A stretch of DNA of 64,000 nucleotides from Octopus vulgaris (Eukaryota), in assembly GCA_951406725.2 (NCBI GenBank), contig OX597825.1, positions 83,204,001-83,268,000 of the forward strand, written 5' to 3'. The notes beneath the pieces are model-generated. The model searched no databases. It saw only the letters and a program-made list of their open reading frames with translations, and was not told where the DNA came from. The position numbers were made by a program, and so were the translations under genes. Position 1 is the first letter of the stretch. The number at the start of each line of letters is the position of its first letter. This document shows positions 54,622 to 64,000 of the stretch, in pieces.

Positions 54622-54967
54622 CATACATACACAGACACACACACACATACATACATACATCGATGCGCTTGTGTATATATTCATATTGTCATGCACAGAA
54701 ATGTTTGCGATCAAATCAGTACAATTGCATAACGTTACATTACTAGTTTGAATAAAGTCTCATTCGTTATCATCCATTCATATCTCATAATGTCTTTATA
54801 CTTTAAAACATTGTTGCTCATGATTTTGTTTCAATTGATACCCAGAAGGTACGTCAACTTCGAATTTCTATATATTCCATTATTGGTAAGGTCGATAGCT
54901 GAAATATTAACAGGAAACACTACTCTCAAACTATAAACATGTAGACGCATGCGCATGCATATATCTA

Positions 54968-55049
<82 letters not shown>

Positions 55050-55165
55050 TATATATATTTGTAAATGCACATAATAAATAAATATATATATATAATTATA
55101 TTTATAAATTCACATAATAAATATATATATGTATGTATATATATATATATAGGTATATATATATG

Positions 55166-55216
<51 letters not shown>

Positions 55217-56220
55217 AAATGTGTGTGTGTATGTATGTATTAGGTATGTATATGTGTGTATATGTGTATAGAAATAGAGAGGGAGAGAGGTAGAGAGAGA
55301 AACAATCTTAAATTATAAACATACCTATTATGCATTTTCTTATACGTATACATGGTTCAGTTGTGACATTATATACCTACAAGCTGTACGTGTGTGTGTG
55401 TATGTGTGTGTGTGTGTGTGTAAATGTATATTTTCGTGTTTCTCTATATATGTGGGAGTTTTCGATATTTGCATACATTCACAATTTCTGATTCGTTTCT
55501 CAGCTTCGTCCCTTGCGGAAAGTTTGGATACGTTTGTTCTGTGCAAATACGAGTTGCTACATGTAAAAGGCACGAAGTAAATAAAGCTAGTTATAAAGCT
55601 GCACATTTTGTTAATGCATAACAGAGTATGACCTCTCCTTCTGGCGAAATACTCCATTAGATATATGAATCTCTGTTAAACCTCTTTGTCCATTAGCTTA
55701 AAATCGTGCATTAGATCTTACTGCCTACTCAGACAATATATAAATTGAAATAAATCGCTGACTAATTCACCTGCATAAAGTCAATTTAATGATGGTTTCG
55801 GAAATTCTATATGTAATATTTAATTTATTCGGATGTATAATTATTGGGTATGAGGCATGAGGAAGTAAAGTTGCATATGAACAATATTTAACGATGTTTC
55901 TCTATAGATATCGGTTTCAGATCACAGCGTAGTCGCGATAATAATTCGTCTTTTTGCCTACAAATGTTAATCACCTGAAAACTCTCTCTGCTAAAAGAGA
56001 AGCATTGGCGTAATATCTATTACGATTGACACCCAATGTACATTTTTTTCACTGAGTGTGAACCAAAAGCCCGCAATATTATTGCTTGATCTCTCAGTAA
56101 TATCAACTAAATACCTACATTAAGCAACTTCTTAAGGAGATAATGTGATTTATGTGGTCCGCAAAATAATTTATTGTATGATATGTAACGGTACGGTCAC
56201 ATCTTTAACGTTTTAATGTT

Positions 56221-56800
56221 TTAAATCGTTACTGGCAACGAAAAATGGTGCCTGTCCATCAATATGAAGCAGCGTAGGGAATGGCTTAGCACCGGTAACA
56301 ACCGACACCGCGCGTGAAGCAAGATCTTCATCCGCGTAAAACGACGTTGGGCGTATGGTGGGAGTGGGAAGGGATTATCCATTAAGAATTGCTTGAACGG
56401 AACCAAACGGTCAACGCAGAACTCTTTGTTCAACTCAACACGTCAGAGAAAAGACCTAATCGTCAGCATGAAGTTCTGCTGCACAACAACGCCCGTCCTC
56501 ATATGACCAAGGAAGCCATTCAAACGCATGGCTGGGAAATGCTGACTCACCTACCGTACTCTCCCGATTTGGCACCAACGGATTTCCACCTCTTTCGATC
56601 TCTTTGAAATGCTATGCGCGGAGTTTCGTTCAATACTGATGTAGAATTGAGAGCTTGGTTGGATCAATTTTTCGAGTCGAATGGGAAGGAGTTTTAAACA
56701 ACAAGGGTGAACACATTATTGATTAATTAGTTATTTTTTTATTAAACCTTTTAAAAAATTTAAATTTTAAAAAACGGCGGGAACTTAGTTGCCAACACAA
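56221..56800 (+). mobile_element. Mariner element, 5'-truncated, transposase pseudogene
   Basis: IVTGNEKW, HNNARPH, LPYSPDLAPTDFHLFRSL; 3' TIR AAAACGGCGGGAACTTAGTTGCCAACACAA followed by TA (56801-56802). Confidence 0.92.
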
Positions 56801-56811
56801 TACATAATCAT

Positions 56812-57225
56812 ATTTATTTGTTTGTTGCCCACAGGAGGCTAAAAACAGAGGGGATAAACAAGGACAGACAAAGGGATTAAATCGATTACAGCGACCCCAT
56901 TGCGTAACTGGTACTTATTTAATCGACCCCGAAAAGATGAAAGGCAAAGTCGACCTCGGTGGAATTTGAACTCGGAACATAAAGACATACGAAATACATA
57001 ATTCTTTACTACCCACAAGAGCTAAACACAGAGTAGACAAACAAGGACAGACAGACGGATTAAGTCGATTACATCGACCCCAGTGCGTAACTGGTACTTA
57101 ATTTATCGACCCCGAAAGTATGAAATGCAAAGTCAAACCTCAACGGAATTTGAACCTTGAACATAAAGACACCGGAAATGCTGCTAAGCATTTGCCCGGC
57201 GTGCTACCGATTTTGCCCGACCACC
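56812..57225 (-). mobile_element. SINE family B, dimeric form (more diverged)
   Basis: Two tandem monomers joined at CGAAATAC-ATAATTCTTTACT (~56991-57010), the same junction as in 18868-19285. Confidence 0.88.
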
Positions 57226-57756
57226 ACATTAACACACGTTCAATAAAACGACGCAAAAATTATGGCACCCCTTATTCAAATATTCTTTAATATATATATA
57301 TATATATATATGAGAGTGTGTATAGGTCTATGTACATGCATGTCTACATATGGATAGAAAGGAAGCTGCAGAATAGTACCGCCATTTATCAAACTGTTCT
57401 CCGCTTGCTATCCAATCTTCTTTTGGTTCTACAAACATTCTTTGTTAATAATTGCCGTGAAAAAGTTAAAATAGTATTGATAATGAAAAAAATAATAAAT
57501 TAATTTTCACAAATAAGAAATAGTCTATAAAAAGAATTACAATGACTTCTGTTTTTTATTTCCATCAATATTTTAATTATAATACAATTAAGATAATTCT
57601 TGACTTTACTGGGTTTTTTGCGTCAATTAATATTGTTTACATTCACAGAAAATGTTTTTTCTTAATTATATTTTTCTCTTCAATGTAGGATTGGTTATTG
57701 TCTATTTACGTTTTTACTGATTATATGGAATACATTTTGATGTGGAAAATTATGAA

Positions 57757-57894
<138 letters not shown>

Positions 57895-57963
57895 ATATAG
57901 ATACTGATATATATCTTATAAACATATCTTTATGTATATGTACACTTATAAATTTATATGCTA

Positions 57964-58007
<44 letters not shown>

Positions 58008-58146
58008 GTGTGTGTATGTGTGTGTTTGTGTGTGTGTATGTGTATGCATACGTGTATGTGCATATATATATATATATATATATACGTTTAAATATTTGTT
58101 GTGCAAGATTATTGGCTAAACTGGCAATATGACCATTCCGAAATAT

Positions 58147-58192
<46 letters not shown>

Positions 58193-58840
58193 AGAAAAGT
58201 CACTAGGTCGGTTAAGCTAGCAGTTTATAGGTTTCTTTCAAATATCTTACCACTCTTACAGTAGATTTTTTTCATTTTTTTCTTGCCTTACCTTTCCGCT
58301 TTTTTTTAATATATATATATGTTTCAGCATGATTTTTCTTTCACTTTTATTTTCATGCATCACCCACCACACTTGTCTTGTTCTATTAACGTAAATGCAA
58401 GCATCGGAAAGACATGAATATCTTTGTAAAACGGGTAAATATTCCTCCCAAATTATACCTATTGATTCATAACATTTAAGTTGTGATTCATTTGCCAAAA
58501 ATAAGAAATAAGAAATAGCTTATAAAAAGAGAAGATCTGAAATATGCCCTGTCGGGATATCATTTCAAATGGTGTGATTTCCATCGCTCTCAGTTACCGA
58601 AGTTACGGGGAGATAAACAAAAAACAATGGTTTTGAAGAGGAGTTTGACACAAAAGCGTGCAAACATATGTGCATATATTCCTCTACTCTCTTCATCTCC
58701 CTTTTCCTCCTTCGTTTTGAACGCCATCCTCTCTTGTAATTTCTGTTTTACGTGATATTCTGCGTCCATAATCAGTTGCAGTCAGTTTTTCAAGGTGTGA
58801 GGATGTCAAACTCTGTCTTTCTTCAACTCCTCTTTTTCCC

Positions 58841-58878
58841 TACCTCCTGACGAAGGATTGCATCCGAAACGTTGGATA
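58841..58878 (+). ncRNA. Minimal type-I hammerhead-like motif
   Basis: CTGACGA-A-GGAT-TGC-ATCC-GAAACGTT: intact core, 4-bp stem II, palindromic ACGT stem III, inside a pyrimidine-rich PLE-like end (58680-58925). Confidence 0.6.
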
Positions 58879-58942
58879 TTCTACTCCTCACGGCAAGTTC
58901 ACTTGTACGCCTCACACTTCTTTCTATATATGTCTATACATA

Positions 58943-58975
<33 letters not shown>

Positions 58976-59374
58976 TCTCTGCTTATTTATATATATATGT
59001 ATATATATATATAAATAAGCAGAGAATAATATAAAAACATTACGAATAAATAATTAAGACTATTTATGAATACATCAATGACCAAACATGTTATCATATA
59101 CTATAAAGGAGAAAAACGTTTATAATTATGAACAAGTCAGAATTATAACTAAGTGGGTTTCAAAACCCTCTGATGTTAAACAAAGCAACCAAACCCGCTA
59201 TAAAGCGATTACATCACTCATATTTCTCCTCACAATAAAAACCTCTTCGAGTGGCATGGTAAATAGAATCCACAAATTTAAAACAATTGGTTATGCACAC
59301 ACACACACACACACACACAAATATATATATATATATATATACAAAATCACACACACACACATATATAGGACGTA

Positions 59375-59510
59375 TTTTCGTACAGTTTCTGTCAACTTCT
59401 ACTGAAACCTCTCAGAGGTCACTTGTCGCTTAAGTAGAAGATATTTGGCCGTGGGTGCTGTGCAGTGGGGCTGGATCCAAAACGACTGCACCGCAAAACG
59501 AGTTTCTTAA
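59375..59510 (-). mobile_element. Degenerate family C SINE 5' half
   Basis: CAGTTTCTGTC...AGTAGAAGATATTTGGCC...GCAGTGGGGCTGGATCC is colinear with family C. Confidence 0.55.
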
Positions 59511-59904
59511 ACATACATCAATACAACCACCAATATTTTTTTTTAAATCCAAGTTGATCTTATTTGTATTTCAAAAGCTTTCATTTATTCGGAAAACTAA
59601 ATCACCCCGGAGGAAATAAAAGGAATTTCTTTGGATATAAGTAACATTTATATATGTAAAAAATGGGTAAAGAGCAGCTTCAGTCATACATGGTATTGCA
59701 TGAATGGTATTGCACCTCGAAAGTTACCCTCCCAGGCACAAGTCCGGGCAAGGTTGTTTGTGGAAGACCAGAAGTCACCCATACATAATATTCTCCTTTA
59801 CATATAAGATATAAAAAATAGTAATATATAAATATATAAGTATACCAGTAATTATAAAATAACAAACATGAAAGTAAATTATATATATATATATATATAT
59901 ATTT

Positions 59905-60120
59905 CAATATGTGACAGCGTCTGTATCGTTGGTGATATTTCCCCTCCGTCTTCCCTTCCTTGGATCTTTCCTTTTCCTATGTTTCTGACGAAGATCTCTG
60001 CTCGAAACTTTAAATCCTCCTTCTTTGTTTCCTTTCCTGAACGTCCAATAATACTATACTTGTTCCACGTCCTCGCATTGTTGTGTTTTCTCTTTGTGTT
60101 TTCATGTTTGGATTAACTTT
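59905..60120 (+). mobile_element. Short Penelope-derived element, family P1
   Basis: Homologous to 22005-22215; GTTT-CTGACGA-A-GATC-TCT-GCTC-GAAACTTT-AAAT; flanked by (TA)n on both sides. Confidence 0.75.
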
Positions 60121-60143
60121 ATATATATATATATATATATATA

Positions 60144-61741
60144 CAGTGGGGGGAAATAAATATTCGTACATGTCAAAATTCTTTATTTATTTAATTTCGA
60201 ATGATCATAAATGGGATATACCAATACTATATTTGCATACATATGAATAAATGAAGAATATGCAAATGAAAGTAATGATTATAGTAACTAATGAATTTAT
60301 ATACAATTATAAATATTTAGGGGTGAAAAAGTATTCGTACAAAATAAATTTATGATTTTCTATGCCACAAAATACTGTTAAAATAATTTTTTTTAACTAG
60401 AACTTTCTCGTTTGTTCCAATAATCTTATCAGTTGTCATTTTTAAGTGTCAAAACGCTAGCTTCTTCATTCAGCACTGAGACAACATAAAGTAGTGTCGT
60501 AATAATGACGAAAAGTAAAGAACTCACAAATTCAGTGAAAAACTTAATTATTGAACATTGGAAAAGAGGTAAAAGTTACAGGAAAATATCAGAGACCCTT
60601 TGTATTCCATTTTCTACCATATCTTCATTTATTCAAAGATATAAAAAATCGGGGAACTGTTGAAAACAGAATAAGATCTAGTGCACCATGCAAGATTTCC
60701 CCTAGATCATTAAGAAAAATGAAGCGAAGAATCGAAAAAAAAAAACGCAATGATTACCAGAAAGGAGTTGCAAGAAGATTTGTTAGCTTCAGGGACTAGT
60801 GTTACACTACGAACAATCAGCAATGGACTTCATAGAAATGAACTGAAGTCACGCTCTCCTAGAAAACCGCCACTGTTGAATAAAAGGCATAGAGATGCCC
60901 GTTTAAAATTTGTTTATGAACATAAAGATAAATTTGAGAGATTCTGGGAAAATGTTCTGTGGACAGATGAGTTGAAAATTGAATTGTTTGGACGAAGTTC
61001 GCATAGCCATGTTTGGAGGAAAGATGGTATCGCCTATTTGCCGAAAGACACAATTCCTACCGTAAAGTTTGGAGGTGGCAACATCATGGTGTTGGGGTAC
61101 TGGCAATTTACATGTGATAGATGGTAGAATGAATGTAAAGATGTACCAACATATTTTGAACAATAATTTATGGGACTCTGTAGAAAAGCTCCAGCTTTGT
61201 GAAGGTGGGTGTTACAACAGGATAACGACCCTATGCACACGGCGAAGTCTACCAACATTTGGTTTGTCGATCACAATATAAAATTATTAGAATGGCCAAG
61301 CCTGTCACCTGACATGAACCCCATTGAAAATTTGTAGCGTTATTTGAAAATTAAAATTCATTCAAGAGCCCCAACATGCATTGCAGATTTGAAGAAAATT
61401 TGTCAAGAAGAATGGGAAAAAAATTCCTAAAGAGACATGCGAGTCGTTGATTAAGAACTACAAGAAGAGATTGGGTGAAGTGGAACTGAATAATGGTTAT
61501 GCCTCGAAGTATTAAATCAGAATTATCAGTTATTTATGTTGTGTACGAATACTTTTTTGACCCCTAAATATTTATAATTGAATATAAATTCCTTAGTTAC
61601 TATAATTTATTAGTTCTTTTTGCATATTCTTAATATATACATGTGTATGCAAATATAGTATTGGTATATCCCACTTATGTTCATTAGAAATTTAATAAAT
61701 AAAGTATTTTGACATGCACGAATATTTATTCCCCCCCTCCA

Positions 61742-61744
<3 letters not shown>
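60144..61744 (+). mobile_element. Full-length Tc1-family DNA transposon (IR/DR type)
   Basis: CAGTG...CACTG ends flanked by TA; ~200-bp TIRs (60144-60348 and 61531-61744), each with two A(A/G)TATTCGTAC-type direct repeats. Confidence 0.97.
60505..61515 (+). pseudogene. Tc1 DD34E transposase, frameshifted
   Basis: MTKSKELT...HTH region, [39 protein letters not shown] (34 residues between D and E), ending NGYASKY*; at least four frameshifts and one stop. Confidence 0.95.
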
Positions 61745-61795
<51 letters not shown>

Positions 61796-62674
61796 TCAGT
61801 GAAAACATATATATATATGTTTGTGAAAGATGCGGAGAACATTATATGATGACGCAGGCATAAATATATTAAATACAATCTCTAAAACCACTTACTTAAC
61901 ATTTTTCGCACGTTAATTTTGCGATATATAGAACTAATGCTAAACAAGTTTAAAACTACACAAAAGCCTTACACTGGTCGTCTTTTTAAAGCGAGATAAA
62001 TATATATGCATTTAGACATCCGTACGTCTTCAGAAGAAAGAAAAGGTGCAGATAATATGTCTTTGTTATTTAGTGTTGTTTCTTGTGGTTGCCAGAAATT
62101 ATATTTTTCTGAACACCTTGCAGTCACATTTCCTGGAAATACAGAAGAAAAAAAAAGAAATAAACTAGAGTTACTTGTTTTCAGGAATTTTTTGTTCTTT
62201 AATTTAGAATTCAAATTTTGCGTCTTCTTTCCTATCTTTCACCTAGGCTGTAGGATTGGCAGAACTCTGAAACACTTTTCCATTTATTTGGAATTATATT
62301 TTATGTGTGAGATCTTTTTTTTTCTTTTTGCATTAGAAGAGCAAAGTTGTAATAAAACAATCACTTTGGAAGAATTTTACGTTTCCAGCGTCATATCGAC
62401 TGTCACAACATAATCACTACACAGAGCCATATGCACATAGACGTATACACATACAAATGCATACAAGTATATACATAGACAGATACACGTGATTATGTAC
62501 ATGCGCACATTAACACATACACCTACACAATGTAAGTATATATATAGATATATGTGTGTATAAATGCATATATATACATATATATATACATATACATATA
62601 CATATATATCTATCTATATATATGTATATATATACATACATATATGTACATGCATACATACGCATACGCATGTA

Positions 62675-62738
<64 letters not shown>

Positions 62739-62886
62739 CATACACGTACATTTTCCTTTTCATCAATTTTAATAATTTGCTTCTTCATGTAATGACTGAT
62801 ATTATTACAAACTCTCCTCTATCTTTTGAACACACACACGCACACGCACACACCAATACACACGTATACACACACACACAGACACA

Positions 62887-62936
<50 letters not shown>

Positions 62937-62983
62937 CATATATATGTGTGTGTTTGTATATATATGTATATGTATGCATATGT

Positions 62984-63018
<35 letters not shown>

Positions 63019-63412
63019 TATATATACATATATACATGTGTGTGTGTGTGTATGTATATAAGGTGGAGAGATACAGCTGTTGAATGCGAAAGAGAGGAGC
63101 ACGCGGCAGCCAAAATGGCGTCATTTTACTTTAAAACCAAGTAGTATTTTGAGATGACTAAATGTTAATTATTTCATGTCTATTTTAATTGCGTATTATT
63201 CAATACAGATATATGGATATACGAATATGATTTTTATTACGCTCTGCCAGATTATGTAACTTTAAACAAGAATTAACATTACCATAAAAAGACAACAAGT
63301 AAATCAGTTTATGAATGTCGGATATATTACTCAGAAATGGAAAAGTATGTTTCTCTAAAAAGACGATGTATTCGCATTCTCTGCACCTAGGCTGTGAAAT
63401 TTCCAATATACA

Positions 63413-63444
<32 letters not shown>

Positions 63445-63451
63445 CATATAT

Positions 63452-63690
63452 GCCATGTTGGATCGTTAGCCCCTACACGGAATTTTTTTCTTTCCTTGTT
63501 TCTCTCCTTGTTTCTTTTCTGTGTATCTTTCTGTTGAAGAGCGTAGGCTCGAAACGTAAAAGACTTGTTTTATTTCTATTCCTGAGCGCCATACTAATAC
63601 ATTGTTTGTTTGTACTCCACCTGCCTTCGTCTCTTGTTTATTTTTGTAAACCTGCCTTCGTCTTTTGTTTATTTTCGTAAACCTTCCCGT
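63452..63690 (+). mobile_element. Short Penelope-derived element, family P2
   Basis: TCTTT-CTGTTGA-A-GAGC-GTAG-GCTC-GAAACGTA-AAAGA at 63526-63563; ~30-bp tandem duplication at the 3' end. Confidence 0.8.
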
Positions 63691-63759
63691 TACATACATA
63701 TATATATATCATATTATATTCTATATATGTATATATTTACACATACATCCACACACACA

Positions 63760-63895
63760 ACTAGCTTCTTTCAGTTTCCCTCTGCCAAATCCACTCACAA
63801 GGCTTTGGTCGACTCGAGAATATAGTAGAAGTCACTTGCCAAAAACGCTGGGAAGTAGGACGGAACCTGGAAACACGTGTTCATGAAGCAAGTTA
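63760..63895 (-). mobile_element. Family C SINE 5' half
   Basis: GCTTCTTTCAGTTTCC...CCACTCACAAGGCTTTGGTCG...CACTTGCC. Confidence 0.8.
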
Positions 63896-64000
63896 TTGCT
63901 CTTTAGTTTGACATATTTCCCGTTGCTGCCGTAACTTGTCCAATTTAACGTTCCGTCTATACAAACCGTCTTTTGCTATACTTCTCTCATTCTCTCCGTG

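Noticed and set aside
55842-55849. Left TIR of the mariner at 56221-56800
   Set aside because: Only TATTGGGT matches, and the following sequence does not continue the TIR

Overview
AT-rich, microsatellite-saturated animal genomic DNA with no protein-coding exon I can support; it reads as intronic or intergenic sequence. The repeat families resemble those I recall from coleoid cephalopods (Octopus); that assignment is inference, not a search result. Almost all ORF-track entries are translation artefacts of (TA)n, (CA)n, (TACA)n, (TAGA)n, (AAT)n, (AAG)n and (CAT)n tracts or of SINEs. The real content is transposon-derived. It includes three tRNA-derived SINE families (several copies with target-site duplications), a full-length frameshifted Tc1 DD34E element with long IR/DR ends (60144-61744), two mariner remnants, a non-autonomous Helitron, and a Helentron/DINE-like element. 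It also includes R4/Dong-like, CR1-like and Penelope-like retroelement remnants, a 3.6-kb segment bounded by ~260-270 bp inverted repeats, and a MITE carrying TTAGGG repeats. The most interesting signal is a set of about ten minimal type-I hammerhead-ribozyme-like motifs in several short Penelope-derived (retrozyme-like) families, one of which has the same non-canonical core substitution in all three copies. A SINE/LINE shared 3' tail is also visible inside the window.
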